A DNA stretch of 63,969 nucleotides, filler included, from Olpidium bornovanus S191 (GCA_017911155.1; 31 parts of 31 records of this genome joined end to end with filler, not necessarily neighbours in it); one strand, 5' to 3'. Positions 36,346 through 48,600 are shown, counted from the whole stretch's first letter. Translations and numbers: made by a program. The notes: generated by a model from the letters alone, not told the origin.

Positions 36346-36693
36346 ATGAAGGTTGCTGTCATTGCCCTCGCCGGCGTCGCCGTCCTCGCGCAAGTCGTTT
36401 GCGCTGCCCCTCATCCCGATCCGGTCCCGGCCCCGGCCCCGGCCCCGGCCCCGGCCCCGGCCCCGGGCCCTGCCCCGGCTCCGGAGCCCGGCTACTACGG
36501 CGGCTACGGGAAAGGAAAGGGTTACAGCAAGGGCTACGCCGGCGACGGCGGCTACGGCGGCTACAGAAAGGGCAAAGGCTACGGAAAGGGCAAGGGCAAG
36601 GGCTACGGCGGCTACGGGAAGGGCAAGGGCTACGGCGGCTACGGGAAGGGCAAGGGATACGGCGGCTACGGGAAGGGCAAGGGCTACTACTGA
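36346..36693 (+). CDS. Small secreted precursor: signal peptide + (X-Pro)14 propeptide + 67-aa Gly/Tyr/Lys-rich repeat peptide
   Basis: Complete single-exon ORF. Hydrophobic N-terminus MKVAVIALAGVAVLAQVVCA; TA-rich ttaaataaag just upstream; 27-nt tandem repeats encode GYGGYGKGK. Confidence 0.85.
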   Translation: MKVAVIALAGVAVLAQVVCAAPHPDPVPAPAPAPAPAPAPGPAPAPEPGYYGGYGKGKGYSKGYAGDGGYGGYRKGKGYGKGKGKGYGGYGKGKGYGGYGKGKGYGGYGKGKGYY

Positions 36694-37992
36694 GATACTA
36701 GTTTATTTAAAAACCTGGAACATACTTGCCCCGCCTCTGTTTGTGGAGAAAAAAAGGAAAGGATTGATACAGGAATGGGAGGGATCATGGGCTGTCACCG
36801 GAAGAAGCAGCTGAGCTTTGGATAGCGTGCGGTATCAACGGGTTGGGAGCAGCCCGTCACTTGTTATAATGCAGAAACCCGCAAACAACCGGGACGGGGC
36901 CACCCCGGCGTCTGGGCCGTCGATATCCGGGATTGCGTGGAGAGACGGGAACGCCACCGGGACCCGCCGTCGACCCGGAAACGGACGTTTTTTCTGGCTG
37001 AAATTCCAACGTTCCCCCACGGCTCTTTTCCCTCGCAGTGATACGTAACCCCACAAGAAAAAAGGAAAAAATCGATTAACCGCAAAAGCTGTATTTGATA
37101 CTTAGTCGTTTAGCTCAGGCCGAAAATGATTCAAATTAACGTCCTGCAGACCTGTGGCCATGCTCTTTCAAGCCGTGCTCCTTCAAAAGGCATACTCGTA
37201 CAATTGGGCATAATGACAGCTGGCATTTGGGCCCTGTTAAATTCGTAGAACTATCGGCATATGTGAACATCCATTGAGGTACCTCGAGATCCCGCGTCAC
37301 CAACCGCCGAGGTTTCTTCTGCGCTGTCCCATCTGGTGGTTTCGGCACATATATAGCTGCCGAAGCCAGATTGATACCCAGCATAATTCTCCACAGTTGG
37401 CCGCGGGAAGCCTCTTGTCATTATTGCAGTTGTCAGCTGAACATTGAAGCAAATTTACATAACCGTGAGCGTCTAAATATCCAACAGTCCACTTTCATCC
37501 GCTTCCTCCGTCGTTGGCTTCGCCTTGTTTTGAACGACAACAACATGTGCTTGAGGTTGGATTGTTTGTGAACGGCAGCACCATGTGTTTGAGGTTGGAT
37601 TGTAATAGTTTTAAGTTTTTGCAGATGAGTTGTTAGTCCTAGTCCTAATTCATTTTTGTTCGTAAAACCTGACATCCCATGGGGTGGATGGGGAAGTCGT
37701 GGCGGACAAGGTGGCCAAAAAAATTTGAACGAAAAGACAGAAACGCAGAATGACGAAGGACGCAACCGGGACCGTTTTGTTTGCTCTCCCCCCCCGTGTC
37801 AGCCGACCGGGCCGGCTGTGGCGTCGCGATGGTCTGGCGCGGAGGGCAAGGGCGACGCCCTGGGGCTATGAAGGGGAANNNNNNNNNNNNNNNNNNNNNN
37901 NNNNNNNNNNNNNNNNNNNNNNTTAATTAATTAANNNNNNNNNNNNNNNNNNNNNNNNNNNNNNNNNNNNNNNNNNNNCATGCTATTTTCAG

Positions 37993-40900
37993 ACGGATAA
38001 GCTGCTGGCGTGCGCCAACACTGCAAAATGCCATCGCGAGCTTGGCGAGCTGGAAAACGCGATACAATATTACGAGCAGAGTAAGCACGTTGCGTATTCT
38101 GTACTTTACGCCTTTCCCCGGCCGAGCGGCTTTCTCTTCTGTCACGTGTTTGCGCGGTTTTCGCGTAGATGACTCGGTTGACGGGAGTTCCGAACTGATT
38201 TTGTCGTTTTCAGTTCTCGGAATGGAGGGTATTCCAGAGGGAGACGTACTTTCGACTAAGGCGGCTCTCGCCGACATTCACGCCGAACTCGGCGACAGAC
38301 AGAGGGCTCGCGAGCTTGTGGAGGCAGGTGCGTGGAGGAGTGCTGCGTTGCGTCGTCTTGGGTAAAACCTGAGCGATCGCGGACGGGTTTTTTTTTTCGG
38401 TTGCGAAGTTCGGCGTTTCCCGCGTTAAATAACCAGTACTTACTGGTCACAGTGAAGCAAGCCCAGGCGGCGATAAAGGCCGCCGGACCAGGAAGGCGTG
38501 TGTCGGCCGCGGATCCGGAAGGTGTTGGAGAGCAGTCTGCCTCCGGGCACCCCGCGGCGTCCGCCCGAGACCGCCGCTCGATCTTGCAAGCCAAGCCGAC
38601 GATGAGTAAGGCGGTCTCCAAGGCGCAAATTAAGCGCAGGCGGATGGCCAACGCGGCCCGCCGCGTCGCGGAGCGGGAGGCGCAGGTGCGGGTATTATTC
38701 GACAAGTGGGATCAGGCGTCCGCCGCAATCAGGAAAGCGCGGGGAGAGCCCGGGAGGGAGATTAAGGACCAGTACGTCCTCCTTTCCCGCGACCTCATGG
38801 CCGAGTTTCGGAGTGAGAGAAAGCTTTTTCCCACGGCTAAGGTGCGCTCTTTTACCTCCTGTTTCATCCCCGCTGCTGTTGGTTTTTCCCCGCCCATTTG
38901 CTCGTTTCCTTTTCATTTTTTGGCATCCTCGTCGGGCTTAACTTTCGAACGTTTTTGCCTTCCGACCGTCCACTTGCCGCAGAGCGAAAAAATCCTTTCG
39001 ACCCTCGCGGCCAAGCTCAGGCCGCCCGAGTCGTTGGGCGGTAGCATTGAGGAGCAGGTTGGCAACGTCGAGGCTCGGCTGCAGGGACAGAGTCAGTGGC
39101 AAAAAGCGTTAATTTTTGAGGAAGCGGGGACGTCCTGTGGTGACATCAGCCTTCCGTTTCGCACCTGGCCAACTCTGTATTTTTTGCCTTGCATTTTTCG
39201 AGCAGCTGTCGCCAGGGACCCACAAGCCGAACCCGCCGACGTGCCGCGCACGTTCCGCGGCATCAGCTTCGAGAGGTGGTACGATCTATTGACGCAGGTG
39301 AGGCGGGCAGACCGTTGGTTCGACCCTTTTCCATTGTCCAGCCTCGCGCGGATCTGAAAACGCTGAAACGCAGGCGATGGTCCCATGTTCTGCCAGTTTG
39401 CCATCGTTGCCGCAAAGGACGGCGCCTTCGGCGAAGCGTGGACGGCTCTCGCGACCGCTTCCGAGGCCATCGTGTTTTACCGGGATTCGCAGAAGAAAAT
39501 TATAACCCGGCTGTTTAGGATTGGTACGACTGGGAGGAGGAACCGGGGGGTTTTGTGTGTTCGTGTTATGTTTTCCTCGCCGCTTAATTTTCTCACGTCG
39601 AACGTCGTGCACATTCCATATTTTACGCCAGCGGTCGGCCTCATGCAGCAAGACATGGATGTCGTCACCGAGAACTGCCGGTGGTTCGTCATGAGCCAGC
39701 CGCGGGAGCCGAGGTCGTATCATCTCATGAGCATGTCGTACGCGAGGTAACCGCTGCTTGCGCCGGAAAAGATCTGTGGGATTGGAGAGGTCAGCGAGGG
39801 GCGTGCGTGGGCGACTCATTCTCAGCCGACGGAAGAGAGCTAATCTTCAACCCGCCTATTTTAACCACGCGGGTTTTGTACGACTTCGAAAGCGGCTCCG
39901 ATGGCATCGCTCAGTTCGGCTCGAAGTCGGTCCAGATGCTTATCCAGCGGAAAGTGAAGGCGCTGGATGAGCAGCTCAGTTCCGAATTCGGACTCCGTAA
40001 CGCGGTCAACAGCACCGTTGACAAGGACAATCGTGCTGGAACGCCCGAGAACCCGGGAGCGCCGTCGGCCGACGACGGCGGCGAGAGAACGCCAACGGAA
40101 TCGGATTGGCCACTCGCGGCCGATGCCGGTCGAGACTCCGCGGAGCCGATGGACATCGATCGGGGTGCCGCGTCGAGGTCTTCGTCGTTGGTCTCGGTGG
40201 AGCCTAAGCTTCTGGAGGACAAAGACGATCCTAGGCTGACCCTTTTTTACGGAAACGCGCTTCAAATTGCGCGGAATTACGTGGGCGCTAAAGGTGAGCT
40301 GGCCCTGATTTCACCTGAAAACGCGAAGGAAAGAAAGAATGGAGAAAAAAAGTTTGTTTTGCGCAAAAGTCTTACGCTGACGCAAGCCTGAAAATGGGGA
40401 CCCCACGTCGACCGCCCCTCTCCGCCCATCCTCGGGCTCTCGTATTCCAGTATTCTTTCTGCGCGCATACGCTTCCGCTCCGGACGACCCTCTGGCCAAC
40501 TTGTGCGCGGGCCTGGCGTACCTTCACCACGCCATGCAGCGCCGTACGGGCAATAGGCACTTCCAGATCGCACAGAGCTTCACGTTCATCTTCCGGTACT
40601 TTGAACTTCGGGGGGGCGATTCCGAACGGAAAGAACCCGCGCGCCAAAGGCTTTACGCCCAGGAAGCCTATTACAACGTGGCGAGAGCGTTTCAGCAGCT
40701 CGGTGAGACGGTGGAAAAGAAAGTCGTGTTTTAAAAAGGGGGAAATGAAGATGGGGTAAGAGTATTGCTTCGTTGCTAACGGCTGCCGGCATACGCGCGG
40801 GTAACTTTCCCCGTTCAGGATTGACGCACCTGGCTGTCCCGTACTACGAGAAGGCTCTCGCCTTGCCCTCTATGGCCGAAGTTTACGCCGAGATGGTTGG

Positions 40901-41191
40901 TACTTCCCGGCCCTTTCCCCTTTCCCCCTTCTTTCCGCTCCCGCCGATTGTTTGACGAGTAAACCTGACGCAGACAACCCAACCCCTCCCCCTCCCCATC
41001 CCCCCCCCATCCCTGCGCGTTGGCTTATATCACAGGGCCTCCCTCTTCCCGACGGCTGGGACGTCGAAGAGGGAGGCGACGACCCTACGAACCTGAAGAG
41101 GGAGGCCGCCTACAACCTAGCCATGATTTACGTGTGCAGCGGGTCCATGGGCCTGGCGCAAAATCTCCTGGCCGAGTACTGCACGATTTGA
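37993..41191 (+). CDS. TFC4: TFIIIC TPR subunit Tfc4/GTF3C3, 5' truncated, multi-exon
   Basis: TPR exons, FRGISFERWYDL, LFYGNALQIARNY, AYASAPDDPLANLCAGLAYLHHAMQRRTGNRHFQIAQSF.F...Y, QEAYYNVARAFQQLG|LTHLAVPYYEKAL and NLKREAAYNL..IY..SG...LA..LL..YCTI*. Confidence 0.92.
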
Positions 41192-41459
41192 AAACCCTGT
41201 TTTTCCCCTTCCCTTTTCCAACCCTTTTCAATTTGGGGTGAGACACCCCGCCCCGGTCAATCCGGCNNNNNNNNNNNNNNNNNNNNNNNNNNNNNNNNNN
41301 NNNNNNNNNNTTAATTAATTAANNNNNNNNNNNNNNNNNNNNNNNNNNNNNNNNNNNNNNNNNNNNCGCAAACACAACGGTAAGTCACCTTCTGTTTTCT
41401 TGAATTTGCCGGGCTGCGATCTTATACGAGGCCCGCTTCGCGTGTGTTGAAACGCCCAG

Positions 41460-42416
41460 GCGGGGCATCGTGGTCGACGACTTCATGGCTGTCCCGGGAG
41501 CGGACGGCGTGTACGCCATCGGAGACGCAACAGCGACCAAGTACGCCCCCACGGCTCAGGCCGCCGCGCAGCAGGGCAAATACCTCGGGAAGGCCTTCAA
41601 CTCCCGCGCGAAGGACGCCGAATCCAAGATCAAGGCGTTCGAGTACAGTCACCAAGGCTCGCTTGCGTACGTCGGCAGCGAGAAAGCGAGTGAGTGACGT
41701 CTTTATGTTTTGTTTTCGTTTCTTTGCTTCACGTCGCGCTCGTTTTCGTCTACAAAGCGTGCCTGGCGTCGCTGGCGAATTCGTTAAACTTGGACACCTC
41801 GGCGCCGGTTGACGCGCGTCGCGGCTGATCCTCCGACCGCTGACATTCTTCCATCCCCTTCCCCCCCTCCGCCTCTCCCTCTCCTTTTCCTCCTCCAAAA
41901 AAAATGCAGTCGCCGACTTGTCACTCGCCGGTACAACGATAAGCAGCGGCGGTATCGGTACGCATCCTGCTTAATGCCGCGGTTAGCGAGTCTTGCTTTG
42001 TTGAAACCGAACAGAGGCTGAATTTATTTTAAACTTGCGATTCAATCCTCTCCAGCGACGTTCCTCTTCTGGCGGTCCGCTTACCTGTCAAAGTGAGTGT
42101 CACGTGCTTCTGGCACAGACTTCCCGTTCAAAAATCTGGAAATAAGCCTCTGCTGTTCACTGAAGTGTCCAATCCCCGTCCCGAAACTACCCAGATTGTT
42201 CTCTCTGCGACAAAAGACCCTGGTGTTGGGCGGATGGATGAAAGCGGTAAGCGCGAAAGGAGGGCCGTCCGGCAGTCGGCCTGTCTGCGCGGCGACGCAT
42301 ACGAAAAGATGGTGGGGGGGGTTTGACGCGCTCCTCCTTCCTTTTCTTTTGCGCTCCGCCTTCCTTTTCTTTTGCGCTCCGGCTCAAGAAACTATTCGGA
42401 CGCGACATCGGCCGCG
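41460..42416 (+). CDS. Type II (alternative) NADH dehydrogenase, Nde/Ndi family, C-terminal exons
   Basis: RGIVVDDF..V.G..GVYAIGDA, APTAQAAAQQGKYL, FEYSHQGSLAYVGSEKA, ATFLFWRSAYLSK|LFSLRQK.LV...W and LFGRDI. Confidence 0.9.
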
Positions 42417-43026
42417 GTACGTGTGTGCCGGCTGCCGGCTCTGTGATCTTTTGTAATCGGAAAACGCGGGGAGATTTTTTTTGTTGACCTAACCCCACCC
42501 CGCCTCCGGGCGCGCCCGTCGGAAATGCAGAGTGAAAATGGTCTTGTAACGGGGCCACGTAGACGAAGAGAGACGCGAACGTTCGGCACGGCCGAGCGGT
42601 TTTTCGAAGTTTCCTCTGTATTAAAACGCAGACACTTGACGATGTTTTTTCTTTTTAAGAAACCGACGTTGGATTCGCAATCGTCCCGCCAGGGTTTTAG
42701 GGTCAGCGGTTGTATCCGAGGTACGGAGAGTCAGAGAGAAAGAGTAAGAGAGGCTATGTGCGTGTGTGTATCTGTGAGAGAGAGAGAGNNNNNNNNNNNN
42801 NNNNNNNNNNNNNNNNNNNNNNNNNNNNNNNNTTAATTAATTAANNNNNNNNNNNNNNNNNNNNNNNNNNNNNNNNNNNNNNNNNNNNCGATCTGCGCAC
42901 ACCACACAGACGGCGCCAACGCGCACTCCCGCGCTTTTAATAAACCTCACTACCCTTCATATTTTCTTTTTTCTTTCTCGCCGCCCCGCGAATTTGCTGC
43001 CCGCCATGCTCCCCCCCTTTTGCCCT

Positions 43027-43068
<42 letters not shown>

Positions 43069-43157
43069 CCCCCCCCCCCCCCCCCCCCCCCCCGCGCGCC
43101 CCGACTCACTCTCGCGCGCCCCTCCTTTCCCCGCGCTCTTTTGCGCGCGCGCTTCAG

Positions 43158-44491
43158 CCGATGTGTCGACCAACCTCCACAACGCCGTGACCAAGGCCGC
43201 GGCTCAGAAGGCCCTCGCGGCGTTGCAAGAAAAGGGGGCCGTAACCGGGAAGCTGTACGGGAAACAGACCGTTTACGTGGCGAAGCAGGTGAATTGCGCG
43301 GCCAAAACCCTTCCCCCCGCGCGCGTTGGCCGGACTCGCGTGTCCCGCGGTTTTCGCATTTACCCCTTCCCCAGTTTTACGGACTGGGCCGGTACCGTCA
43401 CTGCTTGACACGATAGCACGTTTCTCTTTCTCTCTATTTTTTTCTCTCTCTCTCTCTCTTTCTCTCTTTATCCCTCTTTTGCTCTCTCTCCCCCCCTCTC
43501 TCCTTCTCTAACTCTCTCCCTCTCTTTATCCCTCTTTTTCTCTCTCTCCCCCCCCTCTCTCCCTCTCTCTCTCCCTCTCTTTATCCCTCTTTTTCTCTTT
43601 CTCTCCCTCTCTCTCTCTCCCCGTCAGGACGACGTCGACATCCCGTCCCAGGAGGAATTGGATCAGATGGACGTGGACATCGAGCAACTAAAGAAGGAGG
43701 TGGATGACTTGCGGGAAACAAACAAAGAGCTGACCTCAAGTGAGCGCCTGCTCACCGAGCCAAGGGGCGGGCGGCTCTAGCCGAAAAAAAAAACCAGCCT
43801 GTCCGGTCGCTTCTCAGCGTTCCGCGTGTTGATCTGCGTCGCGCCCCCAGGACTGAATAGGCTCATGAGCCAGCTGACAAACGAGCAGATCCGTGCCAAG
43901 CTCGTTGCATTGGCGGAGGAGGTATGTCCCCCCCCCCCCCCCTCTCCCCAAGGGAATCATGCGCACCCGTGCACATCCTGGGATGTCTTCCCCGCGACCT
44001 TTCGCTGAAATTTTGCGCGTCGTCACTCAAAAATGAAAGACTGCCGGATACGAGCAGAGGTTGGTGATTCTCCGCTCCGGGGGAACCAAAGTGATCACTA
44101 AAGAGGAGAAGAAGCAAATAGATGCCGCTTACGAAACGAATCGAAAGCTGTGGGCTAAGCGGAAAAGGATGGTAAGCTCGATAGTGTTGTGCGCGCTCTG
44201 AGAACAACTGTAGTTGAGGCGTTGTTTCCGGATTGTAATGATTTGTGGTCTCCTGTACCTGGGCGTGCGACTCGAAGTTCAACGATATATTTGGTGTTAT
44301 TACGGAACACATGCCGGGTAAACCTGCGGACCTTATGGTGAGGACCGATGATGGGACGCTGTCGCCAGTTCTTTCCAAAGCCTTACACTTTTGGACACGT
44401 TCGCTCTCCCGTCACGCAGGAAGAGTTGGGGATCGAGACGGATGCGGAACTGGGCTTAGACTTTAATAAAGAACCGTCGGAATTCCGATGA
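43158..44491 (+). CDS. HOP2: Homologous-pairing protein Hop2 (PSMC3IP/TBPIP), first exon(s) missing
   Basis: DVSTNLHNAVTKAAAQKALAALQEKG....KLYGKQTVYVAKQ|DDVDIPSQEELDQMD..IEQLKKE, LMSQLTNEQI, RLVILRSG..VITKEEKKQI.....WAKRKRM|FNDIFGVITEHMP..|EELGIETD. Confidence 0.9.
43420..43620 (+). repeat. CT-rich microsatellite in a Hop2 intron
   Basis: (CT)n with recurring tttatccctcttt units. Confidence 0.8.
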
Positions 44492-44961
44492 TCACGGACG
44501 AAGTTTCGGTGTTCGATGCACGTGCCACCCAGAAATCATTATCGTTCACGTTTATCCTGGTTCTATTCTGGCCCCCCTCCCCCCTTTCCCTTTTCCCTAA
44601 CCTTACCCCACAAAGTATAATGTGGTGCTGATGAACGTATTATGTCGTACCTTGTGCATTTTTTTGGGGGGGGGGGGGGGGTCGGGTAGCCGGCGGGATC
44701 GACGCCGCCGGCCGCCCTGAGCGCGCGCGTGGAAAATGCGCATGCAACTCCCGACCCTACGGGACACAAGGCTGTGGACGGCAAAGTTCCACAACGGCCT
44801 CTCAGGCGACAGAAGAACCCGCGTGTTGACCGTGGCGCCCAATCTCGACGACCTTGGCACANNNNNNNNNNNNNNNNNNNNNNNNNNNNNNNNNNNNNNN
44901 NNNNNTTAATTAATTAANNNNNNNNNNNNNNNNNNNNNNNNNNNNNNNNNNNNNNNNNNNN

Positions 44962-45738
44962 CATGTACTTGCGAAGCACCTTCGGTATCGGAACGTATCT
45001 CTTGCTACTCGCGTACATCTCCGCGAGCTGCCGCGCCCGCTCCGGGTCTACGGACGGCAGCTCCGCAGCCCGCACCGTCATCTCCGCTTCCGACATGACT
45101 TCTCCCTTCCGGGTGAACTTCGTCATAACGCCGCTTTTGACCGGCGGAAGGCCGAAGCTACCCCGCGCAAGCAGCTCCTTGGCCTCCTCCGCGACCTCGG
45201 GCGACCATCGTACCGTCAACCGCGGCGGCCGGTGCCACGCATTTCGCACAGGCAAATACTCCGATGACTGCATCGAGAACTCCCGGCTCTGCTCGCGGCC
45301 TATCTGGCGTCCAGGTTCGGCAAAGCTTCTAGCTCCGGCGGACTGCTGTTCGCCGGCACCGTCTGAAGCACCAGAATTGCTATTGGTCGCGTCTGCCGCT
45401 TCCGGCTGCTCGTTCTGGAATGTAGAGAACAAAAAATCATGGAACGTCACGGAGATTTGGGGATTTAAACCTGACTCGTCGCCAGTCTCGCTACCGGCGT
45501 TTCCGACCGTCGGTCGTCCGTTCCTGTCGCCCTCCGCGGCTCCCGGAGCCGCCGAAGTGGAGAATGACAGAGCGGACCGGAAACGTCTCGCTGGCGCGCC
45601 CCGTCTCGGCGCCCAAACACGCAAAAGCACGCGTCCGTGTTTCCACACAGCAGCAACAGCGGGGGCAGCGGACCGCGCGGCGAAGCGGACAGAGGCGGCC
45701 GGCACGGACGAGCTCGCGGTGGCAGGCGGCAGCAGCAT
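44962..45738 (-). CDS. Hypothetical protein, possibly mitochondrial (Arg/Ala/Ser-rich N-terminus), 3' truncated
   Basis: 274-aa ORF with a probable small intron near 45410-45470; no family recognised. Confidence 0.45.
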
Positions 45739-45816
45739 CGCAACGCTCTCTTGTCACGGGGAGGGGCGTGCGGGCCAGGCGGCCGGGTGGAGGGGAGATG
45801 CGGGGCGAAGTGGCCT

Positions 45817-45849
<33 letters not shown>

Positions 45850-45851
45850 AA

Positions 45852-45888
<37 letters not shown>

Positions 45889-46389
45889 CTGTCGAACGCA
45901 ACCGCTCGTGCGCACCAAACTCCCATGGGTGGAAGCAGGCACTTCCGCGTCGCAAGCTGCGTTCCGCCGCCTCTCCTTTCTTGATCTGCCGTCTCTTTCG
46001 GACCATGGGACAATGGAGATGACGGTAAGATGGTTACAACGAGCATGGTGCTTTCCTTGCCCGCGGTCACTTCTACTGAATGACTGTGCTGCCCCGTGAA
46101 AAACCTCTGCCCGGAAACCCAACAGAGTAAACCAGGATCGTGAAGCAAAAGTTTTGCGCTGACGGCGTGCTTGACGTACGAAGGAAAAAACCACAGTGGG
46201 ATAAAAACCGTTCGTCCGCTCGGCAACAATTCACGGTTATTTGATGAGGATGCGTTTGTCTGCATGCATGCCCTCACCGTATTCAACCCTATTTTGGAGA
46301 GTGACTTAAACTCGTTTGGCCAACCATTAACGTTCTCGCTGTTGGGCAAGCAACACAGAAGGGAATCTCCGTCCAGTATTCCCACGACA

Positions 46390-46680
46390 TGGTTACTTTC
46401 ATGAAGAATGGCACGCCTGTCCTTCAAGGCATCCGCCTCTGCAACAATCTTTACAAGCTGGACGTCGCCGTAATCGCACCAATACGGATGGCATCTAACA
46501 CCACGGTCATCAACGGCCACTGAGGAATCTCACTCCAACTCCTCCACCACCAACTGGGACATGCCAGCTACGGGGTACTGGAGACTCTGTTAGACAACCA
46601 AGTCGTGACCAGAATTCCTCACCCTTTGACGGACAAAACAGCACCTTTCTGTGATACCTGTGCTGCATCCAAGGCCCGAC
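46390..46680 (+). mobile_element. Ty1/copia gag-pre-integrase fragment
   Basis: TFMKNGTPVLQGIRLCNNLYKLD and LLHHQLGHASYGVLETLL...FCDTCAASKAR, matching LWH.RLGH....L..L...C..C...K. Confidence 0.75.
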
Positions 46681-46780
46681 NNNNNNNNNNNNNNNNNNNN
46701 NNNNNNNNNNNNNNNNNNNNNNNNTTAATTAATTAANNNNNNNNNNNNNNNNNNNNNNNNNNNNNNNNNNNNNNNNNNNN

Positions 46781-47072
46781 CATGCACGGTCAACCTGAAG
46801 TAGCGGAGGAGTTCCGCGTCAGAAAGCTCCCACTGTCAGACTGCTGTCTCGAACCTCCTGAAATAAGCCGATATGTTCTCCTCTTCGAACAGCCCGGCGT
46901 CCTTGGTGAATTGGACCGTCGCCGCGCGGACCTCCGCAGACCGCATCTGCGCAGCGAGAGCGCGCACGTCCAAAGGACCCGTCTCCATTTTTACTGTCTC
47001 TTCGCCCCCGAGGCACTCTCGTAGCAGCTCTTCTCGCTCTCGTGTCCCGTTCGTCCTGCCCGGGAGCGCCAT
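46781..47072 (-). mobile_element. Retrotransposon gag-like relic with an in-frame stop
   Basis: ..QFTKDAGLFEEENISAYFRRFETAV*QWELSDAELLRYF resembles the LTR-element capsid N-terminal pattern F.G.NIS.YL..FE...LSD.E. Confidence 0.5.
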
Positions 47073-47514
47073 TTTGTCGGGAGACTGTTGACTCCGACGG
47101 GGTTGTGGCAGGCTGGGACGGGCAGCAATGGGCTGCTTTACGCGTGCGGATTGCCGTAGGTACGGGTGGCCGCGGGACAGCGGAGTCCTCTTTTTGCTGT
47201 TATCGCGGCCCTCTTCGATGCAGCCTTCGGCGTGCTCCCCTCGCTCCCCAATACCGCACTCCAACCCCAGGAGCAGCCAACCGCCCACTCGAAAGGGCGT
47301 CGCAGTCGCAGGCGGTCGAAGCTAGTTGGCTTGGAGCCCCATGGGATGGCGTCAAGCGCCTTCGAAGGGTGCTACGTTGCTTTATATTTTGTTGTTGTTC
47401 TGTTCGGTTCGTCGAGTGGATGGGGGGGGGAAACAAGAGGGGGGAGCCTCCTTATGCGCCAAGTGCTTAATTCCCCGGGGCATTAATTGCCCGACAATGC
47501 GCTCCGGATGGGCG

Positions 47515-47765
47515 CCAGCGTGATTGAAACGATCGAGCAGCACTTGCGTGTAGCGACGTTGCACGAGGTGCACGGCTCCGAGATTCTCTTCTTGCAGGAT
47601 TTGCATGCCGAGGACACTTGAGAGGGCACCAGAGCTTGTCAGCGGGAACCTTGCATGTAGTGCGCGCTCAAGATTGATGAGACCAGATTCAATGGGACCA
47701 GTAAGAATTAAATTATCTACCCAAGTAGCGAGAATTGCAATCACGGAGGTGAAGTCGTGCAGAAT
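47515..47765 (-). mobile_element. Ty1/copia reverse transcriptase fragment (YVDD degenerated to WVDN)
   Basis: IAILATWVDNLILTG...LERALHARFPLTSSGALSSVLGMQI...VHLVQRRYTQVLLDRFN. Confidence 0.8.
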
Positions 47766-47956
47766 GGGGTTAAAAAAATCATCGAAAAAGGCATGGTCGC
47801 CATCGGAAAAATCATGGGCGCCTTGTGCGAAGTCGGCGTTGTGGGCGCGTCGTTCGAGGCCGCCGCTGCGTCGTTCGAGGTCGCCGCTGCTCCCTTCCTC
47901 ACGCCGCGTGCCATCGTCGGGCGTTGGCGTGGACGCTTGGCGACGAAGGACGTAGA

Positions 47957-48088
47957 TGTTGTGAGTTATGTGTTTCGCCGCGTAGGCGTTTATTCAAAAG
48001 AGGGGCGGTTACGCGTAAAGTACATTGAACGCTCAGGGGTTCCAAGAAGGCAAGAAAGAAAATAGGCGAGAATTCAACACTCCTCCTC
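47957..48088 (-). mobile_element. 123-bp LTR (47957-48079) with adjacent polypurine tract (48080-48088)
   Basis: The minus strand reads GAGGAGGAG|TGTTG...AATAAA...CAACA with perfect TGTTG/CAACA termini, about 60 nt after the RNase H stop codon. Confidence 0.8.
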
Positions 48089-48150
48089 GATTTATGGAGG
48101 GAAACAAAATAAAGCATAAAGGCGTAATGAATTGTGAAGTTAAAAAAGAA

Positions 48151-48500
48151 CTACAAAGGAATAAGACCGAGTTTGGTGACACATTGAAGAAATCGGGGTT
48201 TGGGCAAACCTTTTGTAAACACATCTGCACTATTTGCGTTGGTGGAGATTGGCTGAATGTGCAGAATACGCTCTTCAACTTGTTGTTTCACGAAGAAATG
48301 ACGGACTTCGATATGTTTGGAACGACGAGTGATACGCCGACCGCTTGAAGCAAGCGCGATGGCTCCCTGATTGTCGACAAAAGAACGGGACAGCAGGCTG
48401 AGGTCCAAGTATGGCAGTGGTGACATGTCGCGTCAGGGTGCCTTTCCAAGTAGGAAAACCATAAATTCGCTGGGGTCCCGGCGAGTTTATTGGCAGCCAA
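48151..48500 (-). mobile_element. Ty1/copia RNase H C-terminus
   Basis: FVDNQGAIALAS...TRRSKHIEVRHFFVKQQVE...ISTNANSADVFTKGLPKPRF...KLGL*; the upstream part is frameshifted. Confidence 0.9.
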
Positions 48501-48600
48501 NNNNNNNNNNNNNNNNNNNNNNNNNNNNNNNNNNNNNNNNNNNNTTAATTAATTAANNNNNNNNNNNNNNNNNNNNNNNNNNNNNNNNNNNNNNNNNNNN

